Part shown: piece after piece, positions 14,101 through 51,860 of the stretch | Layout of the letters: each line of letters starts with the position of its first letter | Position numbering within the stretch: position 1 is the first letter of the stretch | Assembly (NCBI RefSeq): GCF_009914755.1 | Contig: NC_060943.1 | Direction: 5' to 3' (one strand) | DNA: 64,000 nucleotides | Source: the human T2T-CHM13v2.0 reference genome, Homo sapiens | Notes under the pieces: generated by a model | Seen by the model: only the letters and a program-made list of their open reading frames with translations | Databases searched by the model: none | Told to the model about the DNA's origin: nothing | Position numbers and translations under genes: made by a program

Positions 14101-17100
14101 GCCCGCCTGCTCCCGCCTGATCCGCCCCGGCCCCCTGCCTTGCCAGCCCGGGTGGGCATGCTGCGGGGCCGGGGCTTGGGCTGTGGCGCTTGGCTTTGCC
14201 TGTGGCCTTGGGCGGCCCCAGAGCTGACAGCTGCCCCCTTTCCACACTCCCCAGGCCGCTGCCTGCTCCCCAGGCCCAAGTCCCTTGCGGGCAGCTGCCC
14301 CTCCACCCGCCTGCTGACGCTGGAGGAAGCCCAGGCACGCACCCAGGGCCGGCTGGGGACGCCCACGGAGCCCACAACTCCCAAGGCCCCGGCCTCACCT
14401 GCGGAAAGGTGAGTGGGATGCTGGGGGTGGCGAGGGGCAGGTGGAGGCCTGGTTCCTCAGACGGCCTCCTGTTTCTCCCCCAAACTGCAGGAGGAAAGGG
14501 GAGAGAGGGGAGAAGCAGCGGAAGCCAGGGGGCAGCAGCTGGAAGACGTTCTTTGCACTGGGCCGGGGCCCCAGTGTCCCTCGAAAGAAGCCCCTGCCCT
14601 GGCTGGGGGGCACCCGTGCCCCACCGCAGCCTTCAGGTGAGAGGCTGAGCCATGGGCTGGTGGGCAGCGATGGTCGCTGGAGTGCCCTCCTACCTCTCCC
14701 TCTCCTGCAGGCAGCAGACCCGACACCGTCACACTGAGATCTGCCAAGAGCGAGGAGTCTCTGTCATCGCAGGCCAGCGGGGCTGGTGAGCAAGGCGGGC
14801 AATTGGGGGGCGCTACCTGTGCCCATGTGGAGCCGGGAGGAATTGGGGCCCTGGTTTGGCCTCCAAATTTTATACTTCACATTTGGGGGCCCTGGGGCTT
14901 TTGAAAAATTTAACCTGGCCTTTATGTACAATGAGTTGGATACAGTATCACCTTTGGTTCATCACACACTGAACTTAACTTACTCATTGGTCCATGACGG
15001 GCCCTTTAAAAGTCTTTATTATTCCTGTTGAACATTTTAAAATAATATCATGGACACCCATGAACCCAGCAGCCAGAACTAGAGCAGCCCCATTCCTTCT
15101 CCCCTTCGAGTTCCTCCCCACTGGAGGCATCCTCTCAATTTGCAGACTACCCTGCCCTTGCTTTCCGGGTCTGATCATACACAGGTGTGTGTGTAAGGAT
15201 CATACTGCTCAGTTCTAGCCATTTTGGAAACTTGATTTAAAGGGCGTTGTAAGAAAGGGATGCCGCACTGTATGGGGAGCTTGGCTTTTTCTCCATCGCT
15301 ACCTCACAGCCCGCCGCGCTGCTGGGTGCTGCTCTCCGACCTCTGCGGGGGGCTGCTTATCCACCCCACCCAGCCGTGCCTCTGGGGGCTCTTCTGAGCC
15401 ACCGCGCCATCCTCACACTCCTGGGGTACTGCCCTCCCACATACCCAGGAGCCCAGGTGCTGTCCTGCTGGCTCAGCAGCTGTATGTGAATCTGTTGGTC
15501 TCGTGCTCACAGCCTGTGGGGCAGCCACAGGGCCTTCGTGCTTTGGGCCGGAAGTGTCCTCTTCATGGTCTCCACTGTCAATCTGAACAGCTCTTCCTGG
15601 CTTCACACTACTGTGGCCCTCTCCAGGAGGCGCCTCTTCATGTCCTTTCCCCAGCTTTCTGTGGGGCTGTGCGCCCTGTTCTCAGGGATGGTCTCACTGA
15701 CCCCACCCCTCCAGGCCTCCAGAGGCTGCACAGGCTGCGGCGACCCCACTCCAGCAGCGACGCTTTCCCTGTGGGCCCAGCACCTGCTGGCTCCTGCGAG
15801 AGCCTGTCCTCGTCCTCCTCCTCCGAGTCCTCCTCCTCTGAGTCCTCCTCTTCCTCCTCTGAGTCCTCAGCAGCTGGGCTGGGGGCACTCTCTGGGTCTC
15901 CCTCACACCGTACCTCAGCCTGGCTAGATGATGGTGATGAGCTGGACTTCAGCCCACCCCGCTGCCTGGAGGGACTCCGGGGGCTGGACTTTGATCCCTT
16001 AACCTTCCGCTGCAGCAGCCCCACCCCAGGGGATCCCGCACCTCCCGCCAGCCCAGCACCCCCCGCCCCTGCCTCTGCCTTCCCACCCAGGGTGACCCCC
16101 CAGGCCATCTCGCCCCGGGGGCCCACCAGCCCCGCCTCGCCTGCTGCCCTAGACATCTCAGAGCCCCTGGCTGTATCAGTGCCACCCGCTGTCCTAGAAC
16201 TGCTGGGGGCTGGGGGAGCACCTGCCTCAGCCACCCCAACACCAGCTCTCAGCCCCGGCCGGAGCCTGCGCCCCCATCTCATACCCCTGCTGCTGCGAGG
16301 AGCCGAGGCCCCGCTGACTGACGCCTGCCAGCAGGAGATGTGCAGCAAGCTCCGGGGAGCCCAGGGCCCACTCGGTGAGTCCTCAGCCTACCCCACCCCT
16401 GTCCCCGCCAGCTGTCACTGACTCTGAGGGCCTGGCCCCAGCTGAACCCCTCTCCATTCATTTATATAGGTCCTGATATGGAGTCACCACTGCCACCCCC
16501 TCCCCTGTCTCTCCTGCGCCCTGGGGGTGCCCCACCCCCGCCCCCTAAGAACCCAGCACGCCTCATGGCCCTGGCCCTGGCTGAGCGGGCTCAGCAGGTG
16601 GCCGAGCAACAGAGCCAGCAGGAGTGTGGGGGCACCCCACCTGCTTCCCAATCCCCCTTCCACCGCTCGCTGTCTCTGGAGGTGGGCGGGGAGCCCCTGG
16701 GGACCTCAGGGAGTGGGCCACCTCCCAACTCCCTAGCACACCCGGGTGCCTGGGTCCCGGGACCCCCACCCTACTTACCAAGGCAACAAAGTGATGGGAG
16801 CCTGCTGAGGAGCCAGCGGCCCATGGGGACCTCAAGGAGGGGACTCCGAGGCCCTGCCCAGGTCAGTGCCCAGCTCAGGGCAGGTGGCGGGGGCAGGGAT
16901 GCGCCAGAGGCAGCAGCCCAGTCCCCATGTTCTGTCCCCTCACAGGTTCCTACCCCCGGCTTCTTCTCCCCAGCCCCCAGGGAGTGCCTGCCACCCTTCC
17001 TCGGGGTCCCCAAGCCAGGCTTGTACCCCCTGGGCCCCCCATCCTTCCAGCCCAGTTCCCCAGCCCCAGTCTGGAGGAGCTCTCTGGGCCCCCCTGCACC

Positions 17101-17731
17101 ACTCGACAGGGGAGAGAACCTGTACTATGAGATCGGGGCAAGTGAGGGGTCCCCCTATTCTGGCCCCACCCGCTCCTGGAGTCCCTTTCGCTCCATGCCC
17201 CCCGACAGGCTCAATGCCTCCTACGGCATGCTTGGCCAATCACCCCCACTCCACAGGTCCCCCGACTTCCTGCTCAGCTACCCGCCAGCCCCCTCCTGCT
17301 TTCCCCCTGACCACCTTGGCTACTCAGCCCCCCAGCACCCTGCTCGGCGCCCTACACCGCCTGAGCCCCTCTACGTCAACCTAGCTCTAGGGCCCAGGGG
17401 TCCCTCACCTGCCTCTTCCTCCTCCTCTTCCCCTCCTGCCCACCCCCGAAGCCGTTCAGATCCCGGTCCCCCAGTCCCCCGCCTTCCCCAGAAACAACGG
17501 GCACCCTGGGGACCCCGTACCCCTCATAGGGTGCCGGGTCCCTGGGGCCCTCCTGAGCCTCTCCTGCTCTACAGGGCAGCCCCGCCAGCCTACGGAAGGG
17601 GGGGCGAGCTCCACCGAGGGTCCTTGTACAGAAATGGAGGGCAAAGAGGGGAGGGGGCTGGTCCCCCACCCCCTTACCCCACTCCCAGCTGGTCCCTCCA
17701 CTCTGAGGGCCAGACCCGAAGCTACTGCTGA
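4961..17731 (+). CDS. ARHGAP33: Rho GTPase-activating protein 33 (TCGAP/NOMA-GAP/SNX26): PX, SH3 and RhoGAP domains plus Pro/Ser-rich tail; 21 coding exons, 1287 aa
   Basis: GT-AG exons read from the sequence: 4961-4966, 6947-7044, 7126-7210, 7582-7662, 7766-7903, 8334-8426, 9513-9635, 9723-9800, 9884-9950, 10059-10118, 10222-10374, 10452-10554, 11675-11819, 11899-11981, 12064-12171, 13474-13619, 14255-14408, 14491-14636, 14711-14785, 15715-16374, 16470-17731. They total 3864 nt in one open frame, [11 protein letters not shown]...EGQTRSYC*. Motifs: PX ([10 protein letters not shown]), SH3 ([17 protein letters not shown]...WWRG...GFFPSECV), RhoGAP ([29 protein letters not shown]). Confidence 0.98.
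8735..9172 (-). mobile_element. One full and one partial antisense Alu in ARHGAP33 intron 6
   Basis: Reverse-complement Alu consensus. Confidence 0.9.
12250..13070. mobile_element. L2 fragments in ARHGAP33 intron 15 (similar L2/MIR remnants in introns 1 and 12)
   Basis: Degenerate L2 3' sequence, e.g. TTATTCATC...CTAGCACTGGGGAC...CCCTGTCCTC. Confidence 0.6.
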
Positions 17732-18104
17732 GCACCAGCTGGGAGGGGCCGTCCTTCCTTCCCTTCACCCTCACTGGATCTTGGCCCAACCAAATCCCTT
17801 GTTTTGTATTTTCTTGAACCCCGACCACTACCCCAGGTTTCTAACTTTGTAACTTGCTTCTGATGTGGGTCCCTAACCTATAATCTCAGCTTCCCTACCC
17901 TGGACTGAAGGGTCTGCCCATCCCCCCACCACCCTCCATCCTGGGGGCCCTCGCACAAATCTGGGGTGGGAGGGGCTAGGCTGACCCCATCCTCCTCTCC
18001 CTCCAGGAGCCCCCAGCATGTCCTGACCTGTGCACGGGGATGGGGGGACAACTCCTACCCTTCTTTCCCCACATGCCCCACTAAACCATCTGACAACATT
18101 AATG

Positions 18105-18110
18105 AATAAA
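18105..18110 (+). terminator. ARHGAP33 polyadenylation signal AATAAA
   Basis: Canonical hexamer about 375 nt after the stop codon, followed by GT-containing sequence. Confidence 0.85.
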
Positions 18111-18185
18111 ATGGTGAAAATGTGGCTGCTGAAGTCGTTCTGGGGCCAAACTCAGTGAGTGAAGACAGACAGAGGGGGCACTTTA

Positions 18186-29192
<11,007 letters not shown>

Positions 29193-29309
29193 TAACGATC
29201 TCTCTTGAACTGCAAAACCCCTAGCTTGGGCTGGCTGAGGTCAAGATGAGCCCTTCCCCAAGGAGGCGGCGTCAGTGCAGGACAGCAGCTTAGGCAGCAG
29301 CTAAGGACT

Positions 29310-29315
29310 TTTATT
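29310..29315 (-). terminator. PRODH2 polyadenylation signal AATAAA
   Basis: tttatt on the plus strand, about 25 nt past the stop codon, implying a very short 3' UTR. Confidence 0.85.
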
Positions 29316-29339
29316 GACCACATGACCCCCTCAGGGGTG

Positions 29340-42108
<12,769 letters not shown>

Positions 42109-42193
42109 CCTGGGTCCCTGGCTGCCTCCACACCAGGGAAGGTTCTCTGGAGGCAGCAAGTTCACCAACTGCCCCTTGCCCAGACCAGGGGCA

Positions 42194-42256
42194 GTGACTG
42201 ATTAACTGGGCAAAGCCTCAGGATCACAGGCTCCTTGGGGGCAATTAATTATTAAC
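42194..42256 (-). promoter_or_regulatory. PRODH2 proximal promoter with two HNF1-like sites and an HNF4-like element
   Basis: Minus-strand GTTAATAATTAAT (42244-42256) and GTTAATCAGTCAC (42194-42206) match the HNF1 consensus GTTAATNATTAAC at 12/13 and 11/13. GGGCAAAG at about 42208. Fits liver/kidney expression. Confidence 0.6.
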
Positions 42257-42951
42257 AAATGGGGACAGAGTTCAGAGTAACGGAAACGGGAGGTGAACCC
42301 CAGTAACAGCCCCCAAGAATGCTCAGCACAACAGCCTGCACTTATTAGGTAACCACCATGTGCTGGGGAAAGCAGGGGCTCCGGAGCAAGGATCCCTGGG
42401 CTCAGGACACCGGGCTTTGTGATCCAGGACAGGCTACTTAATCACTTTTGTGGCAATTGCTTCCTCTTAAAATTGGAAACGCTGTAGTGTTATTGAATAC
42501 ATTTGAAAATACGGTTCTCACGTTTGTAATCCCAACACTTTGGGAGGCCAAGACCGAGGAGTTTGAGACTACCCTGGGCGACATAGTGAGACCCCATCTC
42601 TACAAAAAATACAAAAATTAACTGTGTGTGGTGGCACACACCTGTGGTCCTAGCTACTCAGGAGGCCGAGGAAGGTGGATCTCTTGAGCCTGGGAGGTCA
42701 AGGGTGCAGTGAGCTGTGATTGTGCCACTGCACTCCACCCTGGGTGACAAAGTGAGACTCTGTCGCCAAAAAAAGAAAAAAGAAAAGACAAATAACCTAT
42801 ATAACCCAGCTGTTCCATGCTAAGTACATATCCTAGAGACCTTAAACATGGACAGCAGGAAACATGTACAGGAAAGAATGTTCAGAGGAGCAGTGTCTGA
42901 ACTACCCAAATGTCCATCAAAAGGAGAATGGATACATATATGGTGGTGTAG

Positions 42952-43542
<591 letters not shown>

Positions 43543-44581
43543 TAATGGGGTAGAGGGATATGGGGACTTCTATATCCTATTTTCTTTTTTTAAAATGGAA
43601 ACCATATGTCTTAATTTTTTTGTTTTGTTTTGTTAGACGTATCCTTGCTCTGTCACCCAGGCTGGAGTGCAGTGGTGCGATCTCGGCTCACTGCAACCCC
43701 CATCTCCCGGGTTCAAGTGATTCTTCTGCTTTAGCCCCCTGAGTAGCTGGGACTACAGGCACCCACCACCACACCTGGCTAATTTTTGTATTTTTGTAGA
43801 TATGGGGTTTCACCATGTTGGCCAGGCTGGTCTTGAGCTCCTGACCTCAAGTGATCCACCCTACTTGTCCTCCCAACATGCTGGGATTACAGGCGTGAAG
43901 TCCTAGGTCTTTTTTTTTTTTTTTTTTTTTTTTTGAGACAGAGTCTTACTCTGTTGCCCAGGCTGGAGTGCAGTGGCACGATCTCGGCTCACTACAGCCT
44001 CTGCCCCCGGGTTCAAGCAATTATCCTGCCTCAGCCTCCCGAGTAGCTAGGATTACAGGCGTCTGCCACCGCGCCTGGCTAACTTTTGTGTTTTTAGTAG
44101 AGTCACGGTTTCACCATCTTGGCCAGGCTGGTCTTGAACTCCTGACCTCATGATCCACCTGCCTTGGCCTCCCAAAGTGCTGGGATTACAGGTGTGAGCC
44201 ACTGTGCCTGGCAGTGGCTTCTAGGTCCTAGGAGTCCTAGGTCTTAACATGGATGATGATTCATAGTTGTTCACATTGTAAGGTTTTTTTTGTTTTGTTT
44301 TTGAGACAGAGTCTTGCTCTGTCTTCCAGGCTGGAGTGCAGTGGGGTGATCACTGCTCACTGCAGCCTCAAACTTCTGGGCTCAAGCAATCCCCCCACCC
44401 ACCACCTCCACCTCCCAAGTAGCTGGGATTACAGGTGCATGTGATCACACCGAGGGTAATTTTTAATTGTTTTTTTGGTAGAGACAGAGTCTTACTATGC
44501 TGCCTAGGCTGGTCTTGAACCCCTGGACTCAAGCAGTCCTCTCACCTTGGGCCTCCCAAAGTGTTGGGATTTCAGGCATGA

Positions 44582-44809
<228 letters not shown>

Positions 44810-44887
44810 TAGCCAGGATGGTCTCAATCTCCTGACCTCGTGATCCACCCGCCTCGGCTTCCCAAACTGCTGGGATTACAGGCGTGA

Positions 44888-45286
<399 letters not shown>

Positions 45287-47120
45287 TAGGCATGAGCCTC
45301 TGTACTTGGCCTGCCTTTTTTTTCTTTTCTTTTTTTTTTTGGCTCCATCTTGCTCTGTTGCCTAGGCTGCAGATGTCTGCTCACTGCAACCTCCGCCTCC
45401 CAGGTTCAAGTGATTCTCCTGCCTCAGCCTCCCAAGTAGCTGGGATTACAGGTGTCTGCTACCATGCCCGGCTAATTTTTGTACTTTTAGGAGAGGCGGG
45501 GTTTCACCATATTAACCAGGCTGGTCTTGAACTCCTGGCCTCAGATGATCCGCCTACCTTGGCCTCCCAACGTGCTGGGATTACAGACGTGAGCCACCAC
45601 GCCCAGCCTAGGGCCTCATCCCCAGAAATGTGATTACTGGGTAGGCATTGGGGTGTTGAAAGCTCCCCTGGTGGTTCAAATGTTCACCCAGGTGAAGAGG
45701 CACGGCCCCTACAATCGGACACCTTAGCCTCTCTAAATGGGGTCCTCCCTCCCTCTTTGTCTTTTCACTGTCCCTGGAACACACCCAGCTTCCTGCTGTT
45801 GCATTTCCGCTGTTCCTTTTCCCTGAAAACTCCACCCTTCCTTCTTTCCCTAATTAACTCCCACCTGCCCTCAGGTGTCAGGGTTTAAGACACCCCCTCA
45901 AGGAGGTCTGCCTTGAGCAGCCCCTCCCAGATGAGGGGGAGTTTTACCCTTTCACATTTTAACACCAGCCTTGTAGCTCTTGTCATGTTTATTCGTCTGT
46001 GAGTGAAGACTCAGTTTCTCTCCCCACGCCCCTGCTAGACTGTGAACACCATGAGGTCGGGGGGTCACATTTGGTTTTGTCATTAATTTATCCCTACTGC
46101 TTAACACAGGACTTATTTTTGTTGAATGGACTTATTTTTGTTGAATGGGTAACTAATTTAATAGATTTCTTTGGTATTTGCTGGACAAGGGACTTATAGA
46201 TTGCATCACATCAATTCAAGCAGATTCTGGATAAGACCCACCTTTTTTTTTTTTTTTTTTTTTGAGACAGGGTCTCACTCTGTCGCCCAGGCTGGAGTGC
46301 ACAATGTCGGCTCACTGAAACCTCCACCTCCCGCATTCAAGCATGCTCCTGCCTCAGGCTCCCGAGTAGCTGTGATTACAGTTGCAGGCCATGAGGCACA
46401 CGCCACCATGCCCGGCTAATTTGTGTGTGTGTGTGTGTGTTTTTTTTTTTTTTAAGTAGAGACAGGTATTTCACATTGTTGGCCAGGTTGGTCTCAAACT
46501 CCTGACCTTGTGATCCGCCCGCCTCGGCCTCCCAAAGTTCTGGGATTACAGGTGTGAGCCACCGCGCCCGGCCTCGAAGTTTTTTTGTTTTTTTTTTTTT
46601 AATGAGACATAGTCTTGCTCTGTCACCAGCTGGAATGCACGGCGCGATCTCGGCTCACTGCAACCTCTGCCTCCTGGGTTCAAGCGATTCTCCACCTCTG
46701 CCTCCCAAGTAGCTGGGACTACAGGCGCACACCGCCACGCCCAGCTAATTTTTTGTATTCTTTTAGTAGAGATGGGGTTTCACCATGTTGGCCAGGCTGG
46801 TCTCGAACTCCTGAGCTCAGGCAATCCGCCTGCCTCGACCTCCCAAACATGGCCTTGGGAATCGCCATGTTTGGGTGGACCCAGTTGGGTGGCCTGCATT
46901 TGCATATTAAAGGTTGCCGGCCTGGTTCTAAGAGCTGCTTTAAAAACAAAAACCTCCAGGCCACGCCTGTAATCCCAGCACTTTGGGAGGCTGAGGCGGG
47001 CGGATCACCTGAGGTCAGCAGTTTGAGACCAGCCTGGCCAACATGGTGAAACTCCGCCTCTACTAAAAATACAAAAATTAGCCGGGCGTGATGGCGCGTG
47101 CCTGTAATCCCAACTACTCA

Positions 47121-47333
<213 letters not shown>

Positions 47334-48798
47334 TCACAAAGAAGCAAAGATATCTTAAGCTAGATAAAACAAAAGAGGCCGGGTGTGGTGGCTCGTACCT
47401 GTAATCCCAACACTTTGGGAGGCTGAGGCGGGCAGATCACGAGGTCAGGAGTTCGAGACCAGCCCGGCCAAATGGTGAAAACCTGCCTCTACTAAAAATA
47501 CAAAAATTAGTTGGGCGTGGTGGCACGTGCTGGTAATCCCAGCTACTCGGGAGGCTGAGGCAGAAGAATCCCTCGAACCTGGGAGGCAGAGGTTGCAGTG
47601 AGCTGAGATCGCCCATTGCACTCCAGCCTTGGTGACAGAGTGAGACTCCATCTCAAAACAAACAAACAAGCAAACAAACAAACAAACACTAAAGAAATCC
47701 ATGCCTAAACACATCATACTGAAATGGCAGAGCATTGAAGCTACCGAGGTCTATTATTTATCTTTGCATCCTCCAGAGTGTAGCCTGGACTAGATGCTCC
47801 ACCAATTCAATTACATCAAGAGGGTGGGTATCCCAGGTTGAGACCACAGACAAATTAAAGGCAAGGAGGTAGAAACAAATATGGCTATAAGAAGGAAAAG
47901 CATTTTTCTCACCTATCTGAGGCACACAACCTGGATTGGGGGAAAGTGAAGTTGAAAATGAGAGTGTGGGAGAGGGAGAGACTAGGTGGAGAGAATTTTT
48001 GTTTCGTTTTGTTTTAGAGACAGGGTCCTGTTCTGTCACCCAGGCTGTAGTACAGTGGTGTGATCGATCATAGCTCTCATAGCTCACTGCAGCTTTGAAC
48101 TACTGGGCTCAAGGGATCCTCCTGCCTCAGTCTCCCGAGTTGCTGGGACTACAGGAGTGTGGCACCACAGCTGGGTAATTTTTGTGTTTTTTGTAGAGAT
48201 GGGGTCTCTCTGTGCTGCCTGGGCTGGTCTGGAACTCCTGGTCTCAGGTGGTCCTCCTGTCTCAGCCTCCCAAAGTGCTTGGATTACAGACATGAGCCAC
48301 CCACACCTGGTCACTGGGGAATCCTGAGTGCCCTGCAAAACAGAACACAATGGGCTGCTCAACAGTAGCCATGGAAGGTTCTGGAATAAAGTTCCCAGCC
48401 GGTCCTTCTGTGGGTGATTGTCCATTTTGTGGTAAGAGGCAAAGGGGCTCTAACACCAGCAGAGAGGCAGAGCCATAGGTGGGAGAGTCCCTCTTATTCT
48501 CTCTGGTTGGGTCACCAGGTGACCCCATACCAATCACTGGGATTGAAGAATAAGGTATTCCAGCCAGCTCCAGTGCTGTGCCTGTTTCTGGAGCTTCAAG
48601 AGTGCTCAACCAATGCACAAAACCTACCTGGGGCGTGGTGGCTCATGCCTGCAGTACCAGCACTTTGGGAGGCCGTGGCGGGTGGATCACCTGAGGTCAG
48701 GAGTTTGAGACCAGCCTGGCCAACATGGCGAAACCTCTTCTCTACTAAAAATACAAAAACTAGCTGGGGGTGGTGGCAGGCGCCTGTAATCCCAGCTA

Positions 48799-48903
<105 letters not shown>

Positions 48904-49360
48904 CTAAATAAACAAATAATTAAAAACAAAATGAAACAAAAAACTGGACTCATGCGTGACTCTGATGGTTCCAGGAGGTGATACATATACAGAACATAGA
49001 ATGTGAGCTGGCATGTGTTAGGAGCTCATAAATGCTGTCTGTCACTGCTGCTGCAGCGACTCATTGGCTTCCTGTCACCCACAGGATAAAGCACAAACCC
49101 ATAAGATGAGCTTTGTGGTTTATCTTTGGCCATCTCACTAGCCTTAATTCCTACCACTCCCTGACTTGGGGGTTATTCTCCAGCAACAATTTTAGGGAAA
49201 TCCCTTCCCACACTGTGCTCCTGGAGTCTTCTTTGTCTCCAGCCCCTGCACAGCTACTTATCCCTTAATACTGGAGTTTGGTGACAGCTTAGGAGCAGAG
49301 GACAGTCCAGCCAGTTTTAATCTCCAGCACAGACCTCTCTCCTGAGCTCTGGAACCCAAT

Positions 49361-49362
<2 letters not shown>

Positions 49363-49415
<53 letters not shown>
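49363..49415. repeat. (AC)n microsatellite, about 26 units
   Basis: Uninterrupted dinucleotide run. Confidence 0.95.
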
Positions 49416-49417
<2 letters not shown>

Positions 49418-49915
49418 CTCATTCAGAATCCCCTCATGGATTGGTTCTTCTCAAACGGGACACGACCGCACCCTGGTGGGAGCTTGGGAAATTTGCATAA
49501 TTGTTTTTGGCTGCAGCATTGATTGGAGGGCATTACAGGCATCTAGAGGCAGGACCAGGAATGCTGGACGCTGAAATCTGCATCCAGAACAGTTTGTAAA
49601 TGTCTTTGCAGGCGCTTCTGTGCGTAAAATAAGTTTACAGTTATCTGAAATTATTAATATAACACATATACCATACACACAAAATTTTGGTATGGTTTAA
49701 AATATATTGACATTTTCTGAAATGAAACTATGATGTAAATTTATTTTTATTTATCTATTTTTTTTGGAGACAGAATCTCGCTCTGTTGCTCAGGCTGGAG
49801 TGCAGTGGTGCCATCTCAACTCACTAGAACCTCTGCCTCCCGGGTTCCAGTGATTCTTCTGCCTCAGCCTCCCAAGTAGCTGGGTTTACAGGCCTGTGCC
49901 ACCACGCCCAGCTAA

Positions 49916-50056
<141 letters not shown>

Positions 50057-50219
50057 TAAAGAAAGTGAAAATTGTGTACTTTTTTGTTCAGAATGGCACC
50101 AATGGTTATACATCATATCAGAAGAATCACAATTCCAACAATGCCACCTATGAGATGTAATGTAAAATTCTGAATGAAGTATAGCACACATAAAGAAATG
50201 TGCCCATATCATGTGTTCA

Positions 50220-50637
<418 letters not shown>

Positions 50638-51560
50638 TCACCATCCCCCTCTCTCCCAAAGGTAACCAGACTCTTTGTTTGTTTGTTGAGACAGGGTCTG
50701 GCTCTGTTGCCCAAGCTGGAGTGCAGTGGTGTGATGATGGCTCACTGCAGCCTTGAATTCCTGGGCTCAAGCAATCCTCCCACCTCAGCCTCCTGAGTAC
50801 TTGAGGCTACCGTTGCACACCACCATGTCCAGCTAATTTTTGTATTATTTTGTAGAAACAGGGTTTCACCATTTTACCCAGGCTGGTCTCAAACTCCTGG
50901 TCTCAAGCAATCTACACATCTTGGCCTCCCAAAGTGCTGGGATTACAGGCATGAGCCCCGGCTCAGGTTATGCACTTTTATAGTCAGTAGTATTAGTAAC
51001 ATGTGGTTGTATCCTTCTCAGTAATTTTTTTTTTTTTTTGAGACAGAGTCTCGCTCCGTCGCCCAGGCTGGAGTGCAGTGGCACGGTGTCGGCTCACTGC
51101 AGCCTCCGCCTCCTGGGTTCAAGCCTCCTGAGTAGCTGGGATTACAGGCACGTGCCACCACTCTCAGCTAATTTTTATATTTTTAGTAGACACAGGGTTT
51201 CACATGTTGGTCAGGCTGGTCTTGAACTCCTGACCTGAGGTGATCTGCTCACCTCTGCCTCCCAAGGTGCTGGGATTACAGGTATGAGCCACCACGCCTG
51301 GCCCCTTCTCAGTATTTTATATCAGGGGGCTCCTTGTGTCAGTTTGTCCCATGACTGGTAGCATCAACTTTGATCATCTGGTGAAGGTGACATCTGTCAG
51401 GTTTATCCACTGTGAAATTACTATTTTTCCCCAAGTAACTAATGCAATACATGCTTTTTAGGCTCTACTAATTTGAGTTTCCACCCCTTGCAAATTATTT
51501 ATTTCCTCCTCAGTTAACTAAAGACCTCATTCAAACTGGTTTAAGAGTGAAGGACATTTA

Positions 51561-51860
51561 GGCCGGGCACGGTGGCTCATGCCTGTAATCCCAGCACTTT
51601 GGGAGGCCAAGGAGGGCGGATCACAAGGTCAGGAGATCGAGACCATCCTGGCTAACACGGTGAAACCCCGTCTCTACTAAAAATACAAAAAATTAGCCGG
51701 GCGAGGTGACAGGTGCCTGTAGTCCCAGCTACGTGGGAGGCTGAGGCAGGAGAATGGCATGAACCCTGGGGCGCGGAGCCTGCAGTGAGCCGAGATCGCG
51801 CCACTGCACTCCAGCCTGAGTGACAGCGAGACTCCGTCTCAAAAAAAAAAAAAAAAAAAA
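51561..51860 (+). mobile_element. AluY-family element with perfect 18-bp TSD
   Basis: AAGAGTGAAGGACATTTA at 51543-51560 and 51861-51878, pure A tail, AluY diagnostic left arm. Confidence 0.92.

Noticed and set aside
15638-16348. 236-aa antisense ORF with an acidic run
   Set aside because: It is the reverse-strand shadow of GC-rich exon 20, and the acidic run mirrors the TCC Ser repeat.
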